A stretch of DNA of 64,000 nucleotides from an uncultured Acidobacteriota bacterium (GTDB lineage Bacteria > Acidobacteriota > Terriglobia > Acidiferrales > UBA7541): contig CAWCHM010000009.1 in the NCBI GenBank assembly GCA_963795355.1, forward strand, positions 172,932 to 236,931. The letters run 5' to 3'. The translations under genes and the position numbers were made by a program. The notes under the pieces are model-generated. The model searched no databases. It was not told where the DNA came from and saw nothing but the letters and a program-made list of their open reading frames with translations. Below, one piece after another: positions 7,946 to 17,077 of this stretch (within the stretch, counting starts at the first letter, position 1; the number at the start of each line of letters is the position of its first letter).

Positions 7946-10678
7946 TTATTCGTGGCGCAGGGCGACGATAGGATCGACGCGGCTTGCGCGGCGCGCTGGA
8001 ACGGATGCGGCGAGGATTGCAGAAGCAGCAAGAATCAGGGCTGCGGCGCCGAGGATAAGCGGATCGTAGGATTTGACTTGATAAAGTTGGCTAGCGAGGA
8101 AGTACCCGCCGGCTAGAGCAGCTGGAATGCCTATCGCCAAGCCCAAGCCGACCTGAAACAGCGCGGAGCACAGCACCAAGCCGAGCACGTTTCCCCGGTC
8201 GGCGCCGAGCGCCATCCGAATGCCAATTTCATTGGTTCGCCGAGCGACTGTGTAAGCCGTCAGTCCGTACAGCCCGAGGCACGCAAGAATCAACGCCAGG
8301 ACCCCGAAAAGTTCAGTAAGCCGTGCAATCAGCCGTTCCTGATTGAAGTTAAGCGCCACCTGCTCGCCGAAACTTTGCACCCTCAGAACCGTGACGCGAG
8401 GGTCGACGCCGGCGATCGCCTGCCGCACTGCTGGCTCGATGCTCTCGGGCCTGCCGGCAACGTGCAACTGGATCGAGCTGACCCATCCGCGCAGCGGCTC
8501 TCCCGGCGGCACCTGGAGCAGGGGCCAAAAAAACATCGCGTACGCGGGACCGCGTGTGTCCTGATATTTCGTATCTTCGACGATGCCAACGATTTCAAAG
8601 TCTCCGCTGTGCTTCTCATCGCCGTCACCGAAATGCTGCCCGAGTGCGTTTCCATTTGGAAAGAACCTGCGCGCGAACGCCTCGTTCACAACGGCGGCGC
8701 GCGGGGCACCAGGCTGGTCTCGTTCGTCGATCACGCGGCCTTGCAACAGTCGCGTGCCGATCGTCTCAAAGTAGTGAGGCCCGACACGCAGCCACGAAGG
8801 AGGATTACCGGAAAAGTCGGTCGGTTTGCCTTCGATGTAGACCCAGTCGCTCCAATTGTTTCCTTCCATCGGGCTGTAGGTCGAAAGACTGGCGCTGATG
8901 ACGCCGGGAACCTGAGGGAGTGCTGTTTCCAACCGTTGATACAGCGCCGGAAGTTTTTCGTCGGTATAACCTGCGGCTTCGGGATTGATGAGACTTACGA
9001 TGAGGCGACTGTCGGTGACGAACCCGAATTGCTGGCCTTCAAGATTTCGCAAGCTGCTGGTGAGCAATGCCGCGCCAACCAGAAGCACGATGGACATTGC
9101 AACCTGCACGACTATCAGAGATTTCTGAAGAGTCGAAGATCTTTCACTTCTCTCGCGACCCGCTCCGCGCAAAGCGTCCGCGGGATTGGACCGCGACGTC
9201 ATCCACGCTGGAGCGATTCCAAACACGATCCCTGTGATCAGCGACAAGCCAACGGCAAATAAAAGGACGGGCAGAGAAGGCCGAGTGCTGATCGGAACGT
9301 AGTGGGCACCGCGAAATGCGAGGAGCAAGAGCGCATGGCCACCCACGTAGGCCACGTAGAGGCCGGCGAATCCGCCGACGAGCGAGAGAAGCACGCTTTC
9401 GGTGAGCAACTGCTGCATCAGCCGAAGTCGAGTGCCGCCCAGCGCGAGCCGCACGGCGGTCTGCGATTGTTTGGCCGATCCGCGCGCCAGCAACAGGTTG
9501 GCGATGTTGGCGCAAGCAATCAGGAGCAGCAGTACGGAAAGCGCGGCCAACAGCCGGAATCCCAGCGCATAGTCTGTTTGCAGTTGCTCGATGCCCCGCG
9601 CCGCGGGCGTCAGAACAATGTGCTGCCGCGGAATTTCACCCCAATCGCGCTTATCAAAAACCTCGCGATGGCTGTTGAGCCATTGTTGCAACTCAACGTT
9701 GAGTTGCGCCTGAACCGACGCCGGTGTGAACTCGCTTTTTAGTCGACCGATGACGTAAAGCCACTCGGGATTGGGGCTCTCCAGGCGCCACTTTTCCGGC
9801 TCCCCGGCCAACGGCAGCCAGAAATCCGGAGGGTCGCTGCGCAGAGTGTCACCATAGAATTGCGGCGCCGCGACACCAACGATGGTGTAGGGCACGCTAC
9901 CAATATTCACGCTTGAGCCGATTACCGCGGTATTGAGTCCGAAACGTTGTTGCCAGGCGCGATAGCTGATCACCGCGACGCGGGGCGCGGTTTGCGAGTC
10001 GTCCGCGGGACTCAGCAACCGGCCAGCGGAGGCCGGAAGACCAAACATCTGGAAATAATTCCCCGAGACGAACTCGCCTTTGTAGGGCTCAGCAGCCGGG
10101 TCACGAGGACGGCGAACACTCAAGTCGGAAACGTACGATTCGAAAGCGGCGAGGTGCTCGAACTGGGGCGTGTGGTCTCGTAGATATAGGTAGAGCGGAT
10201 AGGAATACAGGACAAAGCTACCGTCGTTCTGCGTACCAATCATCACGCAGCAATTGTTGGTGTCGCCGAGGCGATACAACTGCTTGGGATTCTGGACCGG
10301 CAGCCGCTGGAGCATTACGGCGTTCACTAGCGTGAAGATGGCGGTGTTTGCGCCGATGCCTAAGGTCAAGGTGAGGATGACGACAGCGCTGAATCCTGGA
10401 GATTTGCGCAGAGATCGTGCGGCAAAGCGAATGTCGCGCCAAAGGCTCTCTGCGAAAAACTCCCATGTAGCGGAGCGAACTACTTCGCGCGCGATTTCGA
10501 CGGTGCCTTGTTCCAAGCGAACGGCACGTAGGGCATCTTCGCGGCTCATGCCTTGCTTCAACTTTTCCTGTGCGGCCATTTCCGCGTAGGCGCTTAGCTC
10601 CTCAGACAGCTCGCGATCGACCTGTTCCTTGTGGAACAGCGAACGAAGCCCGCGCGATATCTTTCGCAGCAGCGCCAT
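7946..10678 (-). CDS. ADOP-family duplicated orphan ABC permease (MacB/FtsX-like)
   Basis: N-terminal 'EELSAY...ALRAVRLEQG' leader, DIRFAARSLRKSPGF, two MacB/FtsX halves (IACANIANLLLAR and RRTNEIGIRMALGA), and the C-terminus RVDPIVALRHE. Confidence 0.93.
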   Translation of the reverse strand: MALLRKISRGLRSLFHKEQVDRELSEELSAYAEMAAQEKLKQGMSREDALRAVRLEQGTVEIAREVVRSATWEFFAESLWRDIRFAARSLRKSPGFSAVVILTLTLGIGANTAIFTLVNAVMLQRLPVQNPKQLYRLGDTNNCCVMIGTQNDGSFVLYSYPLYLYLRDHTPQFEHLAAFESYVSDLSVRRPRDPAAEPYKGEFVSGNYFQMFGLPASAGRLLSPADDSQTAPRVAVISYRAWQQRFGLNTAVIGSSVNIGSVPYTIVGVAAPQFYGDTLRSDPPDFWLPLAGEPEKWRLESPNPEWLYVIGRLKSEFTPASVQAQLNVELQQWLNSHREVFDKRDWGEIPRQHIVLTPAARGIEQLQTDYALGFRLLAALSVLLLLIACANIANLLLARGSAKQSQTAVRLALGGTRLRLMQQLLTESVLLSLVGGFAGLYVAYVGGHALLLLAFRGAHYVPISTRPSLPVLLFAVGLSLITGIVFGIAPAWMTSRSNPADALRGAGRERSERSSTLQKSLIVVQVAMSIVLLVGAALLTSSLRNLEGQQFGFVTDSRLIVSLINPEAAGYTDEKLPALYQRLETALPQVPGVISASLSTYSPMEGNNWSDWVYIEGKPTDFSGNPPSWLRVGPHYFETIGTRLLQGRVIDERDQPGAPRAAVVNEAFARRFFPNGNALGQHFGDGDEKHSGDFEIVGIVEDTKYQDTRGPAYAMFFWPLLQVPPGEPLRGWVSSIQLHVAGRPESIEPAVRQAIAGVDPRVTVLRVQSFGEQVALNFNQERLIARLTELFGVLALILACLGLYGLTAYTVARRTNEIGIRMALGADRGNVLGLVLCSALFQVGLGLAIGIPAALAGGYFLASQLYQVKSYDPLILGAAALILAASAILAASVPARRASRVDPIVALRHE

Positions 10679-10687
10679 GGCGAATCT

Positions 10688-11020
10688 TTACGACGCCTCC
10701 AGGATTCTGGCGATGGCCGCCACTTTGCTGTTCCATTCGCGGGTTTCGTCGTTCAGTCGTTTTCGTCCCTTTTGCGTCAGGGAGTAGTACTTCGCTCGCC
10801 GGTTGTTTTCGGTGGGCTGCCATTCGCCATCGATGAGGCCGTCGCGTTCGAGCCGTTGAATCGCGAGAAACAGCGAACCTGCGTTGAGGCGAAAGACGCC
10901 TTTGCTGATTTGCTCGATGCGGACGGAGATGCCGTAACCGTGCATGGGTTCGAGGGCGAGAGTTTTGAGAAGGAGCATGTCGAGCGTGCCCTGGATGAGA
11001 TCGCTTGGCTTTTCCGGCAT
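10688..11020 (-). CDS. PadR-family transcriptional regulator, acidobacterial type
   Basis: DLIQGTLDMLLLKTL...HGYGI...GSLF...RRAKYYSLT; directly upstream of the ADOP permease. Start taken as ATG 11020. Confidence 0.93.
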   Translation of the reverse strand: MPEKPSDLIQGTLDMLLLKTLALEPMHGYGISVRIEQISKGVFRLNAGSLFLAIQRLERDGLIDGEWQPTENNRRAKYYSLTQKGRKRLNDETREWNSKVAAIARILEAS

Positions 11021-11030
11021 TCGGTGGTTT

Positions 11031-11081
11031 CCTCTTGGTTGACAGTAGGAGGATACGCTTCTCCTACTGGTTGTCAAGAGG
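11031..11081 (-). promoter_or_regulatory. Sigma70 promoter overlapped by two inverted operator-like motifs (likely PadR autoregulation)
   Basis: Minus-strand TTGACA (11077-11072)-N16-TATCCT (11055-11050). The motif CTCCTACT-N6-CAAGAGG occurs twice in opposite orientations (11031-11051 and 11061-11081). Confidence 0.65.
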
Positions 11082-11107
11082 AGGGGTAGATCGGTGAGTG
11101 CTGGAAG

Positions 11108-11165
11108 GACTTCGGGGCCGAAGCCCCTGTTTTTGGCGGTCTATCGTGGGACTTGAAGGTCCCAC
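11108..11165. repeat. REP-like double hairpin
   Basis: GGGGCCGAAGCCCC and GTGGGACTTGAAGGTCCCAC palindromes between the epimerase stop and padR. Confidence 0.5.
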
Positions 11166-11179
11166 CCCCCAAAGAGCAT

Positions 11180-12187
11180 TTAGACGGCGGAGTTGGCGGC
11201 GGCGCGGTGGGGCACGGCTGGTTCGGCCTTTTGCTGGAAGAAGGCGGCGACGCGGTCGATGATTTCATTGAGGTTGGTGCGCGGGCGGAATCCGGTCAAC
11301 CCTTCGAGCTTATCGACGCAGGGGACGCGGCGCATCATATCTTCGAAGCCGGGTTCGTAGGCTTTGTCGTAGGGGATGTATTCGATCGACGAGCGGCTTG
11401 AAGTGCGCTGCTTGACGCGATCCGCCAGGCCTTCGATCGTGACCTCTTCCGTGTTGCCGATGTTCACAACTTCGCCGATGGATTTTGATGTGTCGAGCAG
11501 TCGCAAAAGCGCTTCGACGGTGTCGCGAACATCGCAGAAGCAGCGCGATTGTTTTCCGTCGCCGTAAATCTGGATGGGAGTGTTGTCGAGCGCGGATTTG
11601 ACGAAATTGGGAAGCACCATGCCGTAGCGGCCCGTCTGGCGCGGCCCGACCGTATTGAAAAAGCGGACGACGATGACGGGGAGATGCTTTTCCTTCCAGT
11701 ACGAAAGCGCGAGAAACTCGTCGAGCGCCTTGGATGCGGCGTAACTCCAGCGGCCTTTCGTGGTGGGCCCGAGAACGAGATCAGCGTCTTCATGAAACGG
11801 CACGTTGGTATTCTTGCCGTAGACCTCGGAAGTGGAAGCGGTGAGGACGAGCTTCTTTTTCTTGTTGGCGGCTTCGAGAATCATCTGCGTGCCATTGACG
11901 TTGGTTTCGATGGTGCGGACGGGGCTTTCGACGATCAGCTTCACGCCGACGGCCGCCGCGAGGTGAATCACCGCATCGGCGTCATCCACGAGCTCGGCGA
12001 CAAGCTGCTTATTCTCGATGTTGTCGAGGTGATATTGCATGCGGTCGAAGGATTTGAGATGGCGGATGTTGTCCATGCTGCCGGTGGAGAGATTGTCGAG
12101 CAGCACGACGTTGTCGCCGCGATCGAGCAGGCGCTCTGCAAGATGAGAGCCGATGAAGCCGGCACCGCCAGTAATCAGAAATCGCAG
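11180..12187 (-). CDS. NAD-dependent epimerase/dehydratase (extended SDR), CTG start
   Basis: The frame extends upstream of the ORF-track start to CTG 12187: LRFLITGGAGFIGSHLAERLL (GxxGxxG), ASTSEVYG and YAASK. GGAGG RBS lies 5 nt before the CTG. Confidence 0.88.
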   Translation of the reverse strand: MRFLITGGAGFIGSHLAERLLDRGDNVVLLDNLSTGSMDNIRHLKSFDRMQYHLDNIENKQLVAELVDDADAVIHLAAAVGVKLIVESPVRTIETNVNGTQMILEAANKKKKLVLTASTSEVYGKNTNVPFHEDADLVLGPTTKGRWSYAASKALDEFLALSYWKEKHLPVIVVRFFNTVGPRQTGRYGMVLPNFVKSALDNTPIQIYGDGKQSRCFCDVRDTVEALLRLLDTSKSIGEVVNIGNTEEVTIEGLADRVKQRTSSRSSIEYIPYDKAYEPGFEDMMRRVPCVDKLEGLTGFRPRTNLNEIIDRVAAFFQQKAEPAVPHRAAANSAV

Positions 12188-12259
12188 AAATCCCTCCGCA
12201 ACCGACCAGAATGAAAACTACACGGAAATCATTGCACCGCAACAGGGAAATAATAAAAG

Positions 12260-14635
12260 CTAAAGCTGTTGAATATCGTCGTCGTGCTCGCGATGGCGAC
12301 GGTGAGAACCGTGCGCCGCAGATGCGGCAAACGCGGCTTCCGGCTCGTTCTGCTCGCTGTCGCCCTCCGAATGCGAATCGGAGCCGGAATCCTGCGGTCC
12401 ATACCCGTAGGAATACGGATAGTAGCGATAGGAGTAGTAGTAGTCGGGAGCGCTGGAATCGACCGCGTTGAGAACAACGCCGAGCAGGCGGCAGTTTACG
12501 CTCATGAGCAGGTCACGGGTTCGCGAGAAGGCTTCCTTGGGAGTCTCGCCGCTGCGGACGACCATGACTACGCCGTCGGCCTTAACGGAGAGAATCACGG
12601 CGTCGGTAGCGGCCATGACGGGCGGCGTGTCGATGACGATGAATTTAAATTTGGTGCGCAATTCGGTGATCGCGTCGGCGAACCGGTGCGACGAAAGCAG
12701 GTCGGCTGGATTGGGGGGCAGGGGACCCGTCGGAATTGCGGACAAATTTGGAATCGCGGGATGCTGCACGGTGACGAGATCGAGGCTCGAAACGCCGGCG
12801 AGATACGAGCTGAGGCCCGCGTATTTATTTCCGTTGAGATTGAGCAGGCGGCCAACGCCCGGCTTGCGAAGGTCGGCATCGATGAGCAGCGTGCGGTCGC
12901 CAAGTTGCGCTAGCGTGACAGCTAGATTCGCCGCCGCGGTGGTTTTGCCTTCGCGGGGCAGGGCGCTGGTGACGAGAATCACCTGCGGCGGATGACCCGC
13001 TTGCGACAGCAATAAGGCGGTGCGAAGGGCGCGGAATGCTTCGGACATCTGCGACTTCGGCAAATGCTGCGCGACAAGCTCGACGTGGCGCGAGTGACCA
13101 TTGCCGAGCGAATCTGCCAGCGAGCGCCGGCGAGGTGCATCGCCCTCGGAATCCTGGAACGCCGGTACGACTGCGAGCGACGGCAAGCGTGAAAGCGTCT
13201 CGATGTCGTCGGGCGTCTTCACGGTGTTGTCCATATATTCACGCAAGACGGCAAGGCCAATACCGCCGACCAGACCCACAAGAAGCGCAAGCGTGACGTT
13301 GCGCGTTTTCGCGGGGCGCGCAGGACTTGACGGGATCATCGCTGGATCGACGACGCGAATGTTCGAGGACTGCAGCGCCGAGGAAATGCCCGCTTCCTTC
13401 AGTTTGGTAAGCAGCCCGTCGTAAAGCGCTTTATCGGCTTCGGCGTCGCGCTTGAGGATGTTGTACTGCACCATGCGCTCGGACATCAGGTTGGCTTCGG
13501 ACTTCTGTTGATCGAGCGTGTGGTTGAGGAGCTCTTCGCGTTGCTGGGCTTCGTGAAATTCGCTACCGAGGCGCGCGACGACAGCTTTTTTCTCGCGCTC
13601 CAAGTTCTGATCGATTTCTTTGAGCTGCGACTGAAGGCGCTGAACCTTTGGGAAATTTGGGCCGTATTGAGCCAGCGCTTCGGCGTATCCCCCGTTGAGA
13701 TCGGCACGGCGCTTGAGGAGATCCTGCACGGTGGCGGAGTCGCGAATCTGCGGCACGATGTCGGCATCGCCCTGCTTCGCGAAGTCGTACATCGACTGCT
13801 TTTTCATGCGATCGCTTTGCGCGTCGATGAGCTGGCGATTGAGTTCGGAAAGGCGCTGCGTGGTGATGTTCTGCTTGTCGTCGACTTCCCAAATCTGATT
13901 TTTGCGCTCGTAATCAAGGCGGGCGTCTTCAGAATTTTTAACTTTAATTTTCAGTTCGTCGAGCTGATCGGTGAGCCAGGTTGTGGCCGCGGTGGTGGCG
14001 TCGTAATGGCTGCGGCGATTCTGGTCGATGAAGTTGCGAATGTGCGCGTTGACGACCTGCGCGGCGAGCTCGGGAGTGTTGGCCTCGTAGTTGATATCCA
14101 TCAGGCGGCTGTTGGGCACGCGCTTGACGCTGAGTGAACCGAGGAACGCGCCGAGTTCGGGCGGCCGCTTTTGATTGGCGAGGCTGCCAGTGGCGATCGC
14201 GTCGGACTGCGAATCAGGGCCCCCGACGCCCGAGAGAATGCCGGAGCGGATGGTCTGGAGCGCCAGCGTTTCGCTGGTCAAAATTTTGGATTGCGTCTCG
14301 ATGTAATTTTCGAGATCGAGCATGTAGTCGTAGGAGTCGGTGCCCTGGAACGGGAGGATGTTGGCGTTCTCGCGGCCGAGTTCGATGCGCGTTGTCGCGA
14401 CGTACACGGGCTGCATACGGAATGTGGCGATCGAGACGATGGTGACCACTGCGAGCATGAAGGAAAGAATCAGCCACTGATGCTTGCGGAGAATGAGCAG
14501 GTAGTCCCAAAGGTGCGGTTCTCGCGCCGGCAGGTCCCACGCGGGACGCATCGCCGCGGGCTGCTGAGGAACGATGTCGACCGTCGCCACGCTGGCGGGC
14601 ACGTCGCGCGAAAGCATGTTGAATTCGTCAGCCAT
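12260..14635 (-). CDS. wzc: Wzc-type polysaccharide co-polymerase / BY-kinase
   Basis: Two TM segments flanking a coiled-coil periplasmic region; SALPREGKTT, LIDADLRKP and IVIDTPP; Tyr cluster DYYYSYRYYPYSYGY. Confidence 0.92.
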   Translation of the reverse strand: MADEFNMLSRDVPASVATVDIVPQQPAAMRPAWDLPAREPHLWDYLLILRKHQWLILSFMLAVVTIVSIATFRMQPVYVATTRIELGRENANILPFQGTDSYDYMLDLENYIETQSKILTSETLALQTIRSGILSGVGGPDSQSDAIATGSLANQKRPPELGAFLGSLSVKRVPNSRLMDINYEANTPELAAQVVNAHIRNFIDQNRRSHYDATTAATTWLTDQLDELKIKVKNSEDARLDYERKNQIWEVDDKQNITTQRLSELNRQLIDAQSDRMKKQSMYDFAKQGDADIVPQIRDSATVQDLLKRRADLNGGYAEALAQYGPNFPKVQRLQSQLKEIDQNLEREKKAVVARLGSEFHEAQQREELLNHTLDQQKSEANLMSERMVQYNILKRDAEADKALYDGLLTKLKEAGISSALQSSNIRVVDPAMIPSSPARPAKTRNVTLALLVGLVGGIGLAVLREYMDNTVKTPDDIETLSRLPSLAVVPAFQDSEGDAPRRRSLADSLGNGHSRHVELVAQHLPKSQMSEAFRALRTALLLSQAGHPPQVILVTSALPREGKTTAAANLAVTLAQLGDRTLLIDADLRKPGVGRLLNLNGNKYAGLSSYLAGVSSLDLVTVQHPAIPNLSAIPTGPLPPNPADLLSSHRFADAITELRTKFKFIVIDTPPVMAATDAVILSVKADGVVMVVRSGETPKEAFSRTRDLLMSVNCRLLGVVLNAVDSSAPDYYYSYRYYPYSYGYGPQDSGSDSHSEGDSEQNEPEAAFAASAAHGSHRRHREHDDDIQQL

Positions 14636-14638
14636 AAA

Positions 14639-15748
14639 TCAGGGCACCAACCGGTAGATCAGGACGCCAGTCGCGACGGCAGACGCGATTTCGGCGGCGC
14701 GAATCGTGGCTTGTTTCGCGGCGCTGCGTGGGATGTACAGAATGTCGGACGGGCGAAGCTGCACGTCTTCGGCTTCAAACTTCATTACTTTTTTCAGATC
14801 GACCTCGACTTCGCGCTGCTGGCCGGTGCCGTCCTTGCGGACGATGACGGCGTGATCGGATTTCGCGGTGCGTTCGAGACCACCGGCAAGAGAGAGGATT
14901 TTGAGCGTCGAAAGCTGGGCGCGGTCGTTGGTGACGGTGTAGCCGCCGGGCTTGGAGACGGCGCCAAGAACGTAGACGATGCCCGCGTGCGGAACGGTGA
15001 CGACGTCTCCGGGCTGAATCACCACGTTGTTCGACATGTCGCCGGCTTCGAGGATCTGGCTCAGGTTGACGGTGATGGTGTTGACGAGCGGGAGAGGAAT
15101 TTGTGGCGGCTCGGCGGACTTTTCGGCTGACGCGTCGTTGCTCGCGGGCGCAGCGGACGCCATGTCCTGAGCTGTGTCGGAAGCGTCCTGCAAAGCGTCG
15201 CGCTCGGGGCGCGTGACGATCACGTGATCCGCCGCGTCGGGCGTGATGCCGCCGGCCTGCGCGAGAACATCGATCAAAGTGACCTGGCGGTCGGCCTCGT
15301 AAACCATCGGGTGCGCTACGGCACCGACGATCGTGATCGGGCGGCTCTTCTTTTCTTTGACGGTGACGCTGACTTCGGGATGCGAGATCAGGCCGTTGGC
15401 CTCGAGGACTTCCGTAATTTTGCGCTCGGTCTGAATTTCGTTAAGGCCCGCAACGTGAAGGCGAACGGGCACGAGTGGCATGCCGATGGTACCGGTCTGG
15501 CTGACGCGCAACTCGCGCGACATTTCGGGGACGTCGAAGACTTGCACATTGACGAGATCGCCCGGACCGATGACGTAGTCGCTCGGCGCTGAACTTCGAG
15601 GGGACGTCGCCGCGAGTGAACGCAGGCGCTCGTTCGCTTTGTCGGATGTCTCCACACTCTGCGCGCGGAGGGAGGGGGCCGCATGCAACATCAAGAAACT
15701 GGAAATGGCGAGAGACAGAGCCAAGGCGCGCAGGCCGTTTGGCTGCAT
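14639..15748 (-). CDS. wza: Wza-type polysaccharide export protein (Poly_export plus SLBB domains)
   Basis: YVIGPGDLVNVQVFDVPEMS, ITIVGAV, YVLGAVSKPG and LRPSDILYIP; adjacent to wzc. Confidence 0.88.
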   Translation of the reverse strand: MQPNGLRALALSLAISSFLMLHAAPSLRAQSVETSDKANERLRSLAATSPRSSAPSDYVIGPGDLVNVQVFDVPEMSRELRVSQTGTIGMPLVPVRLHVAGLNEIQTERKITEVLEANGLISHPEVSVTVKEKKSRPITIVGAVAHPMVYEADRQVTLIDVLAQAGGITPDAADHVIVTRPERDALQDASDTAQDMASAAPASNDASAEKSAEPPQIPLPLVNTITVNLSQILEAGDMSNNVVIQPGDVVTVPHAGIVYVLGAVSKPGGYTVTNDRAQLSTLKILSLAGGLERTAKSDHAVIVRKDGTGQQREVEVDLKKVMKFEAEDVQLRPSDILYIPRSAAKQATIRAAEIASAVATGVLIYRLVP

Positions 15749-15808
15749 AGGATTATAAGACCCCCCAATGTTGATTACACAGTTAAAAGGCCAAAGTCAA
15801 CATCGATT

Positions 15809-17077
15809 TCAACGTTGGTGTCGATTTGGTCGAGGGGGCAGATCGCTAGGCGGGGATGGAATAACCGCGGATGTGGCCAAATGCGCGGTTAGAAGGAAGA
15901 AGAGGGCATTGGCAGGGATATGGAGGTTGAAATCGACCAGACTATGTACCAGAAAGGCACTACAGCCGAGGAGGCCGGAGAGGTGGAGAGAGGCGGCGAA
16001 CGATTTGTCGATTTGCAAAACCTGACGGAGCGAGATGAAAAAAAGCACACCGAGGAACCATGCGCAGCAGACGCCACCGGCGATTCCGGTTTCGGCGAGC
16101 TCTTCGAGGTAGTCGTTGTGCGTGTGGTTGACGATTTTTCCGTCGTATTGCGTCTCGTAGGCGGGAAAGACGGTTTGCAGCGTGCCGAGGCCGGTCCCCG
16201 TGTATTTGTGGTCGAGAAAGATGCGCCAGGTATCCTGCCGCATGGAAGCGCGCTTGCCGGTGGTGACTTCTAGATTTTGGAGCGAGGAGAAGCGGTCGAG
16301 CACCTGCTTGACGCCGAGCCAGGAGACAAACAGGAAAGCGAGGAAGAGGACGAGGCCGCCGGCAAGGACATGGCGACCACCGGTGCGGCGCAGCAGCGAG
16401 ATCAGGAAGAGGAGGACGAGTTCGACGCCGAAGCTGACGACGCCCCCGCGTGAAGCCGAGAGGAAGAGCGCACCAATCGGCAGGAGCGCGCAGATCGCGA
16501 CGACGAACCAGCGTTCGCGGCGAACCTTACCAAGAATCAGTGGCACGAGGGAAACGGGGATGACGAGTTCAACGAAGCCGGCAAAGTGGTTGCGGTTGAC
16601 ATACGGGCCAAACGGGATGCCGCCATAACGCATCTCGCGGAACCAGTAGAGCTTCCCGTTGAAGGTGAGCTGCTGGAGGATGCCGAACGTCGACACCAGG
16701 AAACCGAAAATCATGACGAACCAGATGTACGCGCGCCAGTCGTCGGAATAGCGGAACGCTTGCGTCGCGAGAAAGAGGATGAGGATGTAGGCGACGAGGA
16801 GATTGAGCTCCATGCGCGTGTCGTAGGTGGAGGCGGTCGCACGGAAGAGCAATTGGCCGAGCGCGATGGCGGCCAGCAGAATCAGCGGCGGGAGCAGCGG
16901 CGAGATGTAGATGCGCTTTTCGTCATCGCTCTTGTCGAAGTAGAAGAGGAATGCCCAGAGGAAGAAAAGCAGACCGGCGCCGGTTTCGATGACGGCACGC
17001 GCCCAGTCTTCGACACCACCGTGAGCGAGCACGCCGAAAACTACGAGTGCACAGATGGAGAATCGGAGGAATTTCAT
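15809..17077 (-). CDS. O-antigen ligase / Wzy_C family membrane protein
   Basis: GPYVNRNHFAG, LSASRGG, GTGLGT and HTHNDYLEELAETG. True start ATG 17077 (ATGA overlap with the upstream stop). Confidence 0.85.
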   Translation of the reverse strand: MKFLRFSICALVVFGVLAHGGVEDWARAVIETGAGLLFFLWAFLFYFDKSDDEKRIYISPLLPPLILLAAIALGQLLFRATASTYDTRMELNLLVAYILILFLATQAFRYSDDWRAYIWFVMIFGFLVSTFGILQQLTFNGKLYWFREMRYGGIPFGPYVNRNHFAGFVELVIPVSLVPLILGKVRRERWFVVAICALLPIGALFLSASRGGVVSFGVELVLLFLISLLRRTGGRHVLAGGLVLFLAFLFVSWLGVKQVLDRFSSLQNLEVTTGKRASMRQDTWRIFLDHKYTGTGLGTLQTVFPAYETQYDGKIVNHTHNDYLEELAETGIAGGVCCAWFLGVLFFISLRQVLQIDKSFAASLHLSGLLGCSAFLVHSLVDFNLHIPANALFFLLTAHLATSAVIPSPPSDLPPRPNRHQR

